Shown: positions 26,862 through 36,689, numbered from the stretch's first letter. The stretch: DNA of 64,000 bases from an uncultured Bacilli bacterium (GCA_934097085.1 CAKONK010000002.1:8496-72495), one strand, 5' to 3'. Notes: a model not told the origin generated them from the sequence alone. Numbers and translations are program-made.

Positions 26862-27161
26862 TCAAATTATGTAATGGTAAGTAAACTCGCCACCTCCTGC
26901 ATTTAGGTGATTAGATAAAACAATTACATCGTTACCTTTACCAAAGAAACTTTGTGCTCTTTTTGGTCTAGAAGTTTGATCTAAAAGTTCATCTGATGTC
27001 CTTGTCATTGCATTTTCTATTCCTAATTCATCCAATCGTTTTTTTATATAGTTACTAATTTTTAATGTATATTCTTTTTCTAAAATTCCATTACCTGAAG
27101 AGCCACCATCAACACCGCCGTGTCCCGCATCAATTACCACCTTTTTAGCCATATTTATCAC
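26862..27161 (-). pseudogene. N-terminal fragment of the split N-acetylmuramoyl-L-alanine amidase (first half of Amidase_3)
   Basis: MAKKVVIDAGHGGVDGGSSGNGILEKEYTLKISNYIKKRLDELGIENAMTRTSDE...VIVLSNHLNAGGG, followed by 7 element-derived codons (EFTYHYII) and TGA. Confidence 0.85.
26872..26895. repeat. Right junction (att): terminal inverted repeat plus 9-bp core TCGCCACCT
   Basis: The core is at 26887-26895. The reverse complement of 26873-26888 is GAGTTTACTTACCATT. Confidence 0.8.
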
Positions 27162-27268
27162 ATCCTATAGTAATTTATGCAAAAGATAAAAAAAAGACTA
27201 TAAAAGCCCTAAATTCATAAAAAAACATTGTTATACATTTTTTATAAAAAAGTATTTATCGATATAAA

Positions 27269-28096
27269 TTATTTTTTATCATATTTATCAAGAAACGAAA
27301 TGTATTTTCCATCTTTCTTTGTACCTAAAATACAATTTAAATTAATATTATTCATCGAAGTAAATATATTGCTATCAATATTAGAATTTATTTTACGAAG
27401 ATTATTTACTAAATTTTTCATTTCTTTTCGTTTACTAGTTCCATCATCAACAATGCTACAGTTTTCAGTAAATCTACATGCACAATTAATAAATGTTAAT
27501 TCATTATAATTTTTCCATGCAAGCACCGCTGACTCCTTTACTAAATATAATGGTCTTATTAATTCTAATCCCTCAAAATTATCTGAATGAAGCTTAGGCA
27601 TCATAGTTTTAATTTCACTACCATAAAACATTGAAAGAAGTGTTGTTTCAATTACATCATCAAAATGATGGCCTAAGGCAATTTTATTACAACCTAATTC
27701 CTTTGCTTTACTGTATAAATAACCCCTTCGCATTCTAGCACACAGATAACATGGATTACCTTCCACTTTAGCGGTTACATCAAAAATATTAGTTTCAAAT
27801 ATTTCTATTGGAACATTTAGTAATTTAGCATTTTTTTCTATTAATTCTCTATTAATTTTATTATAACCGGGATCCATTACAACATAATGGGCTGTAAATG
27901 GGAATTTCCCGTGTTTAATTAACTCTTGAATACATTTTGCTAGTAAAAAAGAATCTTTTCCACCACTTATACAAACCATAATATTATCATTTTCCTTAAT
28001 AAGTTCATAATCAGATATAGCCTTAATAAATTTACTCCATATATCTTTTCTAAATTTTTTTATAATACTTCTTTCTATTTCAACATATTTTTCCAT
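27269..28096 (-). CDS. PP-loop ATPase, TtcA-like tRNA thiolation enzyme family
   Basis: PP-loop motif VCISGGKDSFLLA and cysteine motifs PCYLCARMRRG and NCACRF. 275 aa. Confidence 0.6.
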   Translation of the reverse strand: MEKYVEIERSIIKKFRKDIWSKFIKAISDYELIKENDNIMVCISGGKDSFLLAKCIQELIKHGKFPFTAHYVVMDPGYNKINRELIEKNAKLLNVPIEIFETNIFDVTAKVEGNPCYLCARMRRGYLYSKAKELGCNKIALGHHFDDVIETTLLSMFYGSEIKTMMPKLHSDNFEGLELIRPLYLVKESAVLAWKNYNELTFINCACRFTENCSIVDDGTSKRKEMKNLVNNLRKINSNIDSNIFTSMNNINLNCILGTKKDGKYISFLDKYDKK

Positions 28097-28147
28097 AATA
28101 CCACCAACTCATATATATTATAAAAAAATAGTAATTCTTGTCAATCA

Positions 28148-28825
28148 CTATTTTCTAAATTTCTTAATCCTTTCATATATAAATTCAATTTTATTTATCT
28201 CTTTTTCTGTATGATAATGACCACAGTACCATTTATCATAACCAATACATTCCTCGATTTTATCTAAAAATAATTCCATAGAATTATCAACTTTACTTTG
28301 ATCCACAAAAGGAAGAAACATTTCTCTAGGGATGTATTTATATGGACAAGTGTGAGAAAGAACTATATCAAATTTATTATTATTAACATTTTCATAAATA
28401 TTTCTCATTTCTTCTTTCGTAAGTTGTTCGGACTTAAACCATGGATAATCATATACTAATCGCATATTTTTATCAACTGAATATGCACCACCAATAACTA
28501 AAACTTTCATTTTATCAATAGTATAGACCTCACTAGATTTTGCAAATATTAAATTTGGGTATTTATCTTCAACATAGGCGACACCTTCAAAAAAATTAAT
28601 TTGTTTATATGTTTTAATATTTTCTGCTCTTTCTTCATGATTACCATTTATACAAAAAAATATTAATCCGAGTTTATTAAGTCTTTCTTTAACTACATCA
28701 TCAAAGTGATTTAAAAAATAATTAATACCTGCATCACCAAGAATAATAAGAATATCTCCCTTTTGATAATTAAAATTATCTAATCTTGAAAATTCTCTAT
28801 GAGTATCACCAGTTATATAGATCAT
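28148..28825 (-). CDS. Calcineurin-like metallophosphoesterase
   Basis: The motifs GDTH, ILGDAG, GNHE and GHYH appear in the expected order. Confidence 0.7.
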   Translation of the reverse strand: MIYITGDTHREFSRLDNFNYQKGDILIILGDAGINYFLNHFDDVVKERLNKLGLIFFCINGNHEERAENIKTYKQINFFEGVAYVEDKYPNLIFAKSSEVYTIDKMKVLVIGGAYSVDKNMRLVYDYPWFKSEQLTKEEMRNIYENVNNNKFDIVLSHTCPYKYIPREMFLPFVDQSKVDNSMELFLDKIEECIGYDKWYCGHYHTEKEINKIEFIYERIKKFRK

Positions 28826-28866
28826 AAATCCTCCTTACAAAAATTTTATCATAAAAAAACTGTCTT

Positions 28867-29451
28867 TTAAACAGTTCTTGCATCTTTCTTTTCACGAATA
28901 TTTTTGTCAAATAAATATGTATGAGCTAAATTTAAATCTTTATTTGATTCATTTGCTAAAGTATAACCATATGTTGTAATTGCATTTATATATGGCATAT
29001 CCATTTGAGGTACTTCAAATGTTAAAACCTCAATTTCTGGACTAAATGCTTTCATATATTTTTCTAAATAATTTATTAGTGTACTATATATAGAAAATTT
29101 AGTTTGTTCATCTAAAGCTTCGGATAACACTATCTCACCAACAATTGCATTATTTGCATTACCCCCAGCACATAAATTTAATCTTGAATAACCAATGTTT
29201 TGATAATTCTTATTATATATTGACAAAAACCTAATATTTTCTTCATTAAAAATTGAAAACATAACTGAAATAGTTCTTTTATAATTCTCATCAATTAATA
29301 ATAATGAATTTGTATAATTTCCCTTTGCTATTTGCTTTTTTGTATTTCTGCCTAAAATATCTTTACCAAAATTGTTCTCGAAAAATGTGTAATATTTTAT
29401 CATTACATCTTGATAATTTTCTTTATTAGGTTTTCCCCACTTATAATACAT
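28867..29451 (-). CDS. Hypothetical protein
   Basis: 194-aa ORF. No motif recognised. Confidence 0.4.
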   Translation of the reverse strand: MYYKWGKPNKENYQDVMIKYYTFFENNFGKDILGRNTKKQIAKGNYTNSLLLIDENYKRTISVMFSIFNEENIRFLSIYNKNYQNIGYSRLNLCAGGNANNAIVGEIVLSEALDEQTKFSIYSTLINYLEKYMKAFSPEIEVLTFEVPQMDMPYINAITTYGYTLANESNKDLNLAHTYLFDKNIREKKDARTV

Positions 29452-29493
29452 ATTTCCCCCTTATATATTTAAAATTTTAAAAATTATTTTAAT

Positions 29494-29567
29494 TGGAGGA
29501 ACCGACCAGATTCGAACTGGTGCTCAGGGTGTTGCAGACCCACGCCTTACCACTTGGCTACGGTTCC
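29494..29567 (-). tRNA. trnC: tRNA-Cys (anticodon GCA)
   Basis: The reverse complement is GGAACCGTAGCCAAGTGGTAAGGCGTGGGTCTGCAACACCCTGAGCACCAGTTCGAATCTGGTCGGTTCCTCCA. It has a short D-stem, anticodon loop CTGCAAC, T-arm ACCAG/CTGGT and discriminator U, as expected for tRNA-Cys. Confidence 0.88.
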
Positions 29568-29626
29568 ATAATACATAATATGCTTCCTTTCAAGCAATAT
29601 TATTGTATTATATTTTTTTATTAATG

Positions 29627-31243
29627 TCAACTTTTTAAATTAATTATGTATTTTTGATTTCTAATTGTTACTATAGCTTGAATTACACTAGCATCAACTA
29701 CTTTTTTATCGACTTCAAAGGCAATAAAATCTTTCTGATAATCTGGCGTAACATTTATCGCATCTGAATAGACTTTATCATCAACTCTATATTGAACTGT
29801 CATAAAGTCATTTGCAAATTTTCTTGGTAAAGTATTACTTTTAGGATAAATTTGATTTTCATCCGGATTATAATTAATATGTAATGTCAATATATAATTT
29901 CCATGTCTAGTAGAAGTAAATGGGGCTACAATAACATTATCATAAACATTACATTCTTCTTTAAAACACTTTTCGAATGTATAAAAGTATGTTTTATTTA
30001 TTTCGTAACTTTGAACTTTTAAATTAGTTTTTCCTAAGTATGTATCATCAAAAATTAATTTTTGACCCAATGCATAATTTCCATTCAATTTTAAATCACT
30101 AATTTTTTTAGTTCTTATATTTACATAAATATGTTTTGTTGTATATCCTTTTTTATTATTTACAGTACCATTATATATATCAAGCTTACTACCCTTATTT
30201 TTATCCTTAGTAGGTACTTCATATACTAAAGCAAAAGTTCTATCTGTTTTATGAGAAAATTCACTAATAACATTTTCTGGTGCAAAGTCAATAAAGTATG
30301 AACTCTTACTTAAATTAGGCTTAACTAAATTACTTCCTATAGCTAAATTAAACTGATTAAAATCAATTTTTTTTGTTATACCAGAATTATTTTTTAAATT
30401 CACTTTTAAAACTACATAATAATATCCCTCTTTTATAACATTACCATTATAATCCAAGTTACTAACCATTGCATCTTCGATAATTAATTGCATACCATTA
30501 TATGTAAAAGTTTTATTCATGCCATAACGCTGATCGTAATTTATATTTCTATTTTTTATTAAAATAATAATTAAAATTACTGCAAGAATTCCAAGACATA
30601 TTGTTACAAATAATTTATTTTCTTTTAAATAATATACAAACTCCCTTAATGATCTTCTTACTTTTCTTTTATATTTATAACTATTAAGATTAATGTTAAC
30701 TTCTATTTCCTCTGAATCAGCAAAATCATAATTCATTTCTCTTAAATCGGACCTGAAGTTAAATTTTTTAATATCAAAACCAATTGCTCTTATTAAAGAA
30801 AAAATCAAAAAAATAACTTGTAATGATGTAATAACAATTGAAAAATCTCTAATACCTCTTGAAAGCCTTGCACTTAAAAGTTCTTCACTAAGTCCAGATA
30901 AAACACCTCTTATATAAAATAAACATATAAGTAAAAATGTATAATATAGAATCATAAACAAATATAATTTTGTTGGTTTATTTTTATGTCTAAGAAGATA
31001 ATATATTGAAATAGCTAAAGCAAGTATAAGAATTATCCCAATAAATACTAAGCTTGAAGTATAAACATTTTCTAGTCCAATAAGTACACTTGATTTATAA
31101 TTATTTTTTATATAATCAATAAAAAATTTTACAATTAGAATACTTCTATATAATATAAATCCAACCAAAAAAGATAAAACTAAATGTATAATTCTAAATC
31201 TTTTAATTAAAAATGCATAAGGTTTTTTTAGTATCACTTTCAA
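29627..31243 (-). CDS. Large membrane protein (about 6 N-terminal TM plus an extracytoplasmic beta-rich domain), unknown function
   Basis: 538-aa ORF with a hydrophobic N-terminal third and one further TM near residue 210. Confidence 0.5.
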   Translation of the reverse strand: MKVILKKPYAFLIKRFRIIHLVLSFLVGFILYRSILIVKFFIDYIKNNYKSSVLIGLENVYTSSLVFIGIILILALAISIYYLLRHKNKPTKLYLFMILYYTFLLICLFYIRGVLSGLSEELLSARLSRGIRDFSIVITSLQVIFLIFSLIRAIGFDIKKFNFRSDLREMNYDFADSEEIEVNINLNSYKYKRKVRRSLREFVYYLKENKLFVTICLGILAVILIIILIKNRNINYDQRYGMNKTFTYNGMQLIIEDAMVSNLDYNGNVIKEGYYYVVLKVNLKNNSGITKKIDFNQFNLAIGSNLVKPNLSKSSYFIDFAPENVISEFSHKTDRTFALVYEVPTKDKNKGSKLDIYNGTVNNKKGYTTKHIYVNIRTKKISDLKLNGNYALGQKLIFDDTYLGKTNLKVQSYEINKTYFYTFEKCFKEECNVYDNVIVAPFTSTRHGNYILTLHINYNPDENQIYPKSNTLPRKFANDFMTVQYRVDDKVYSDAINVTPDYQKDFIAFEVDKKVVDASVIQAIVTIRNQKYIINLKS

Positions 31244-31294
31244 TCACCCTATAATAATAATATCACAAAATAAAAATGGTGCAAAGACCATTTG

Positions 31295-31747
31295 TTATTT
31301 TCTTTTAGAAACCAGTATTTGACCTGACAATAAATAAATTGTTTCATTTTCTTTAACAACCTCTTGAATACTTTTTTTAAATATATTAGAAACACTATTT
31401 AATGTATCTCCTTCAGCAGTAACATAATAGCTATAACCTGATACAGGAAGCATTATCACTTGGTTTGGATAAATATAATCATCTAAATTTAAACCATTAA
31501 TTGCCGCTAATAAATTTGGATTTATATTATACTTTCTACTTATACCATAAAGTGAATCACCTTTATTTATAGTATATGTATCAAAATATTTTTCTTTATT
31601 TTTTGGAACTATTAAATCCATTCCCTCTCGTAAAGTTTCATCATAACTCAAATTATTTAAATCTACTAGAAACTCTTTATTTGTACGAAACATTTTAGCA
31701 ATGTCATCAATACTATCATTTGATTTTACACGATATTTTTCAAACAT
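31295..31747 (-). CDS. LysM-repeat protein (3 LysM motifs)
   Basis: YRVKSNDSIDDIAKMF..., YTINKGDSLYGISRKYNINPNLLAAINGL and YYVTAEGDTLNSVSNIF. Confidence 0.7.
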   Translation of the reverse strand: MFEKYRVKSNDSIDDIAKMFRTNKEFLVDLNNLSYDETLREGMDLIVPKNKEKYFDTYTINKGDSLYGISRKYNINPNLLAAINGLNLDDYIYPNQVIMLPVSGYSYYVTAEGDTLNSVSNIFKKSIQEVVKENETIYLLSGQILVSKRK

Positions 31748-31790
31748 TTTATCAACCCCTATAGTAAAATATGTTTTATTTTAAAAAGTG

Positions 31791-32831
31791 TTATTTAAAA
31801 ATATATATATAGTCATTATTGAATTTCCATTCACTATAGGTCATTAATTTTGTAATTTTATCTTTATTTGCATAATAAAGTGTATCATTGCTTATAAAAT
31901 AACATTCGTTATCATCTGAATATACTATATTTGACACCTTAAAAGAAGTAACATTTATCTTATTAATTGGTGTAACATATATAAGTTTATTGTCATTTAA
32001 TTCAAAATAAAAATCCTTGTCCTCTTTAAACGAAACATTTCCTTTATTAAGTTTATTAACGCTTATTTTTTCAAACTTATTATTGTTTAAAATTTCATAT
32101 TTATTTTTATAAATAGTATTTTTCAAAGGATTGATTCTATATTCCATTTTGTTTTGCATATCATATAGGTAAATAAACTTTTTATATGTGCCTAAAAAAT
32201 AACTATTAAAATAAACTTCTTCGTCTAAAGAGACCTCTTTTACTTTATTATTTTTAGTATTTATTAAATAAAATTTATTAAATTTGTACTTGCTATTATA
32301 ATCTGCAATTAAAAGATAATCCTTAAATGGTGTACATAAATCTATATTATAAATATCATTATCAAATAGTTTTATTTCTTTTTTATCTTTTGAATTGATG
32401 TTGATAAACTGTGAATAATTCCATATATAAAAGTTAGCATTTATATTATATACATTAATATTATCAAAAGTAAATTTCTTTTTATCCTCAGGAATAGTAA
32501 TATAATATGATGTATAATAGTTATCATTCTCTTTATTAATATAAAAACTTTTTAAATTATTATTTGTTACATTGATTATGTTATCCTTTTGTTTAATACT
32601 TTTAATTTGTTTATGATTTTGATAATATTTATCACTAACAGCATATAAATATTCTATATTATTTTTATTAATTTTAAATATATAAAGTTTTTTCTTATTA
32701 TTAAATGTTTGAATTATATTATAACCTTTTATAGTATATTTAAGTTCATAACTTTTTGGAATAAAATAAAATATTGTAAAAGAAAGAAAAATTAATAAAA
32801 AGGAAAAAATTAGTAATCTTAACTTTTTCAT
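31791..32831 (-). CDS. Hypothetical N-terminally anchored protein (N/K/Y-rich)
   Basis: 346-aa ORF with a signal/anchor MKKLRLLIFSFLLIFLSFTIFYF. Confidence 0.45.
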   Translation of the reverse strand: MKKLRLLIFSFLLIFLSFTIFYFIPKSYELKYTIKGYNIIQTFNNKKKLYIFKINKNNIEYLYAVSDKYYQNHKQIKSIKQKDNIINVTNNNLKSFYINKENDNYYTSYYITIPEDKKKFTFDNINVYNINANFYIWNYSQFININSKDKKEIKLFDNDIYNIDLCTPFKDYLLIADYNSKYKFNKFYLINTKNNKVKEVSLDEEVYFNSYFLGTYKKFIYLYDMQNKMEYRINPLKNTIYKNKYEILNNNKFEKISVNKLNKGNVSFKEDKDFYFELNDNKLIYVTPINKINVTSFKVSNIVYSDDNECYFISNDTLYYANKDKITKLMTYSEWKFNNDYIYIFK

Positions 32832-33265
32832 ACAGTTCTATCTTTATATTTTAATTTTTCTTTCATCATAAACTGAGATATATTAGTTTCAATATCATCT
32901 AAAGAACTTTTAGATAAATTTGATATTGTTACAACCTCTTTTACAGTATCAATTGTGATTTTTCCAAAAAATAAACCTTTATATATTCGCATATCATTAT
33001 ATAAATCCGGAGTAATCTGTGTGTAAATGCTTCCAAAAACAACTCTTTTTTGACCTATTAAAAGTCTTTTATTAGTTAAAACAATTACACAAGATGTGAA
33101 TAAATCATACCATTTTTCATTTTTTTGACCACAAAAAGCATATAAAACATATTCATCAGGGTTAATATAACCTTCGATAACTTCACTATGCTTTTTTAAT
33201 CTCCAGGCAACTGTACCAGGAAATTTATTTTTAAATTCTAATACTTTTTCATAAACATTATTCAT
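32828..33265 (-). CDS. Bacterial PH-domain-like protein (YokE-like pattern)
   Basis: ...VIVLTNKRLLIGQKRVVFGS...GLFFGKITIDTVKEVVTISNL follows the typical bacterial PH pattern. This is a weak assignment. Confidence 0.4.
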   Translation of the reverse strand: MNNVYEKVLEFKNKFPGTVAWRLKKHSEVIEGYINPDEYVLYAFCGQKNEKWYDLFTSCVIVLTNKRLLIGQKRVVFGSIYTQITPDLYNDMRIYKGLFFGKITIDTVKEVVTISNLSKSSLDDIETNISQFMMKEKLKYKDRTV

Positions 33266-33266
33266 T

Positions 33267-33896
33267 TTATACTCCTTTTATAAACTCAACTTTAGTGTGA
33301 GATAATTTTTCGTGAATTGCTGTATCTTTATTAATCATAAATAATATATCGATATATGAATAAATTGTTGCGATAATAGAAATAATTAAATAACTATAAA
33401 AATATACTTTACCCTTTAATAATATTACACATAACAATGTTAAAAAATTTGATAATGTTGTATATAAAATTATATTTGTAAATATAGGATAGAACAATAC
33501 TCTTATAAGAAGGGAACAAAAAGTTAGTTTTCCTTTATCACTAGAAAGTTTAATTTTACATATTTTTTTACCAATTGTTTGTCCATCAAACAGCAAAGGA
33601 AACAAAGTAAAATATAAAATTGTAACAACTATTTCAATTATAGAATAACTTATTGAGTAATAAGATAAATCATGCATAATTTCTAAATATTCTGGTGATT
33701 TTAATGTATCATAATCTATAGTTGTGTTTTCCGTAAAATTTTCTTCATAAAACCCAGTATATTTTTCATAAGCTTTATCATATTTCTTTTTATATGGATT
33801 TAATACATTTATTTGACTTAATAATGTAACAAGTATTAATACAATAAATATATCAATTATATAAGCACTTATTCTTTTTATTTTAATATCTTTCAT
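33267..33896 (-). CDS. RDD-family-like membrane protein
   Basis: N-terminal KRISAYIIDIFIVLILV and a later GQTIGKKICKIKL motif are typical of RDD-domain proteins. 209 aa with several TM segments. Confidence 0.5.
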   Translation of the reverse strand: MKDIKIKRISAYIIDIFIVLILVTLLSQINVLNPYKKKYDKAYEKYTGFYEENFTENTTIDYDTLKSPEYLEIMHDLSYYSISYSIIEIVVTILYFTLFPLLFDGQTIGKKICKIKLSSDKGKLTFCSLLIRVLFYPIFTNIILYTTLSNFLTLLCVILLKGKVYFYSYLIISIIATIYSYIDILFMINKDTAIHEKLSHTKVEFIKGV

Positions 33897-33935
33897 TTTT
33901 CCTCCATAAATAAGAAAAGAAACTATTACTAGTTT

Positions 33936-35033
33936 CTAATATGTTTTTGAATTAGATCCTAATGTAACAGTGGTTTTAAGAGTTTTACCTTTTCTAATAT
34001 AAGTGATTTCAACTTTATCACCTACACCATAATTATACAAGTAATATCTTAAATATGCAACACTTGTTACTTCGTCATCATTAATCTTAACAATGATATC
34101 ATCATTTTCTAGACCTGCTTTAGCCGCTGGAGAACCTTTTTCTGTAGATACAACAATTACACCCTTTGTGATTTTATATTCCTTTAAAAGGGATGAATAT
34201 TCAGGATAATAATAAGCATCTGCAACATTAACCATTGATACACCTAAATAAGGTTGAGATATCTTTTCTTTATTTTCAAGTTTTTCAGCATAACTTAATG
34301 CTACCTCAATTGGAATAGCAAATCCCATGCCTTCAACAGATTCTGCGACTAGTTTTAATGAGGTAATTCCAACAACTTGTCCGTTTGCATTGCAAAGTGG
34401 TCCACCACTATTACCAGAGTTTATCGCCGCATCAGTTTGTAATACTTTCATAACATAATCACCATTATTATTAAGTTTTACTTCAACCATTCTATCTTTT
34501 CCAGATATAATACCTCTTGTAACAGTCCAAGAATAAACACTATCAAGTGGAGCTCCTACAGCAAATGATGTATCTCCAACTCTCAAATCTTCACTTTTAC
34601 CAATTTCAGCTACCGATATAATATCGTTTTTTTTAACTTTTAAAACAGCAATATCAGATAAAGCATCAGCACCAATTATCTCAGTACTAATAACTTTTCC
34701 ATCAGTGAATGTTACATTAACAGCATTTCCACCTTCGATAACATGATTGTTTGTTAAAATATAAGCATCATTGTTATTTACTTTATAAACAAATCCAGTT
34801 CCACTTGAAATAATTTTTTCATCAGCATAGGTTGCCACAACTACAACTGCATCATAGACTTTTTCAACAGCCTCTGCAATTCCATTATCGGTTATCGTTA
34901 CATTCTTTTCTACTTTAGTTAAATTTGTATGAAGTATAGTTGGGTATTTATAAATAACTCCATACATAAGTAAACATCCTAGAAAAAATACTATTATATA
35001 TACTATTTTATTATTTTTTTCTTTTCTTATCAT
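33936..35033 (-). CDS. htrA: HtrA/DegP-family serine protease with a PDZ domain
   Basis: N-terminal TM. The catalytic triad context is TNNHV, DIAVLKV and GNSGGPL. The C-terminal PDZ-like region is GSPAAKAGLENDDIIVKIND. Confidence 0.88.
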   Translation of the reverse strand: MIRKEKNNKIVYIIVFFLGCLLMYGVIYKYPTILHTNLTKVEKNVTITDNGIAEAVEKVYDAVVVVATYADEKIISSGTGFVYKVNNNDAYILTNNHVIEGGNAVNVTFTDGKVISTEIIGADALSDIAVLKVKKNDIISVAEIGKSEDLRVGDTSFAVGAPLDSVYSWTVTRGIISGKDRMVEVKLNNNGDYVMKVLQTDAAINSGNSGGPLCNANGQVVGITSLKLVAESVEGMGFAIPIEVALSYAEKLENKEKISQPYLGVSMVNVADAYYYPEYSSLLKEYKITKGVIVVSTEKGSPAAKAGLENDDIIVKINDDEVTSVAYLRYYLYNYGVGDKVEITYIRKGKTLKTTVTLGSNSKTY

Positions 35034-35035
35034 AA

Positions 35036-35965
35036 TTAATCCATCCTCTCAATCTCTTTATAATTTATTGGGAACCCCATTGCATCTAATACTTTATCAA
35101 CATCAATTGAATGAAGTTTTCCAGATAAAATATCTAGTTCATAATCTATTTCTTTTATAAATAAATTAAAATCATCCGCATTTAAAATTCTTTTTAAAAT
35201 AATAATTAGAGCAAATAAATCATTTTTACCATAAATGTATTCTCCATCCATTTTAGGAATATTTAAAAGTTTATGATATACTGTATTGTTTATAACTATC
35301 TGCGTTTTATTATTATAACAAATATCTTCGTGTGCACATAGATTTCGATAATTAGCAAGTATTGGTAAATAACTTTGGAAACTATCAATGTCTATATTAA
35401 ATATATCCGCAATTTCTCTTTTATCTTCATTTTGAAGTACTGTATAAAGTTCACCAACTATTCCAAATGATAATACTTTAACAACAACCCAAAGCGGTAT
35501 ATAACCATAATTATCAATGAAATGACTTGTTGCTGAATGTTGTTTACCATTTATACTAATTTGTCTTTTCATTTTATGAATTAAATCATTAATTTGTCTA
35601 GTTTTAGTATTATCGTGAACAAAGTTATTTTTATTCAAATAATTTTTTTCTTTATAGCCGTGATTCTTACTCATAACATAGGCCATTATGCTTTTTAAGT
35701 TATTTTCAAATACTAAAATATTCTTAAATAAAATATTTCTTAACTGTCTATCAAAAATAAACATTGCATATAGTTCCTCAAAAGTGGTACCTTTATTAAA
35801 TATACGGTCAGAATATGACTTAACAAATAAAAATCTATACCCTGTCACAAAGAAATAATTTTCTCTAAGAAGTATTGATTTAGCCTTTTCAATATCATTT
35901 ATAGTAAGACCTTTATCAATTAAAATATTTATCTGTTCATCTAATGTTTTAAATGTTTTCTCCAC
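35036..35965 (-). CDS. Abi_2-family (AbiD/AbiF-like) abortive-infection protein with a HEPN motif
   Basis: N-terminal LDEQINILIDKGLTI...LLRENYFFVTGYRF and the C-terminal RNLCAHE (Rx4H) motif are characteristic of AbiD/F. Its stop lies 2 nt before the htrA start. Confidence 0.75.
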   Translation of the reverse strand: MEKTFKTLDEQINILIDKGLTINDIEKAKSILLRENYFFVTGYRFLFVKSYSDRIFNKGTTFEELYAMFIFDRQLRNILFKNILVFENNLKSIMAYVMSKNHGYKEKNYLNKNNFVHDNTKTRQINDLIHKMKRQISINGKQHSATSHFIDNYGYIPLWVVVKVLSFGIVGELYTVLQNEDKREIADIFNIDIDSFQSYLPILANYRNLCAHEDICYNNKTQIVINNTVYHKLLNIPKMDGEYIYGKNDLFALIIILKRILNADDFNLFIKEIDYELDILSGKLHSIDVDKVLDAMGFPINYKEIERMD

Positions 35966-36038
35966 TATATCACCTTTTTACTATATAGATAATTATATCA
36001 CATAATAGCATTTTTACCACCTATTTTACAAAAATAAA

Positions 36039-36689
36039 TTAAGAAAAATATTTAATTACACCTTTAGATATTAAATCCGCTACCCTTTTTTGGTATTCAT
36101 TTGTAACAAGTTTTTGTCTTTCTTCATAATTTGATAAAAATCCACATTCTATTAATAAACCATTAACTTTTAACTTTGAATACATATATGTGTCTTTTGG
36201 AATAGTTTTAATTTTACGATTACTACTTAAACCTTTATTTAAAACATCTTGCATAATATTTGCAAAATAAATATTTTTACCATTATAAAACACCTGCGGT
36301 CCATAGTATTTAAAGTCACTTAAATAATTTAAATGAATACTTAAATAAATATCTGCTTTAGAATTATTTATTAAGTTTATTCGATTATCAAAATCACTTT
36401 TCTTTCGATATATTGCATTCGGAGTTGATAAATCATAGTCACCATCTCTTGTCATAAAAATAGTGGCTCCATAACTTTCTAATTTTTCTTTTAAATAAAG
36501 GCTTATATTTAAATTAATATCTTTTTCTAGGATATTTCCATAGGAAGTACCAGGATCCAAAAATCCGTGACCAGGATCAATTACTATAACTCTTCCCACT
36601 AAAAAAAGATTGTCTTTCCCAAAAACCGATGATAAAAGAAAAATAGATATTATAAAAATTATTAATGAGTAATAAATATATTTTTTCAT
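36039..36689 (-). CDS. cwlD: Germination-specific N-acetylmuramoyl-L-alanine amidase CwlD
   Basis: N-terminal TM, then VIVIDPGHGFLDPG, EKDINLNISLYLKEKLE, SIHLN and LIECGFLSN. The size (216 aa) and the position near rpsI match cwlD synteny in Bacilli. Confidence 0.8.
   Translation of the reverse strand: MKKYIYYSLIIFIISIFLLSSVFGKDNLFLVGRVIVIDPGHGFLDPGTSYGNILEKDINLNISLYLKEKLESYGATIFMTRDGDYDLSTPNAIYRKKSDFDNRINLINNSKADIYLSIHLNYLSDFKYYGPQVFYNGKNIYFANIMQDVLNKGLSSNRKIKTIPKDTYMYSKLKVNGLLIECGFLSNYEERQKLVTNEYQKRVADLISKGVIKYFS

Larger units (their letters stand above)
18389..26886. mobile_element. 8.5-kb integrated element with a large serine recombinase, inserted in the amidase gene
   Basis: It is flanked by the direct repeat TCGCCACCT (18380-18388 and 26887-26895) and has imperfect terminal inverted repeats. 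It encodes a large serine recombinase and separates the two halves of one amidase ORF in the same codon phase. Confidence 0.85.

Noticed and set aside
27162-27200. A sigma-K-like -10 (CATAAATTA) just upstream of the amidase start codon, which would support mother-cell expression.
   Set aside because: There is no convincing -35 (AC) at the right spacing, and in DNA this AT-rich such matches occur by chance. I did not use it as evidence.
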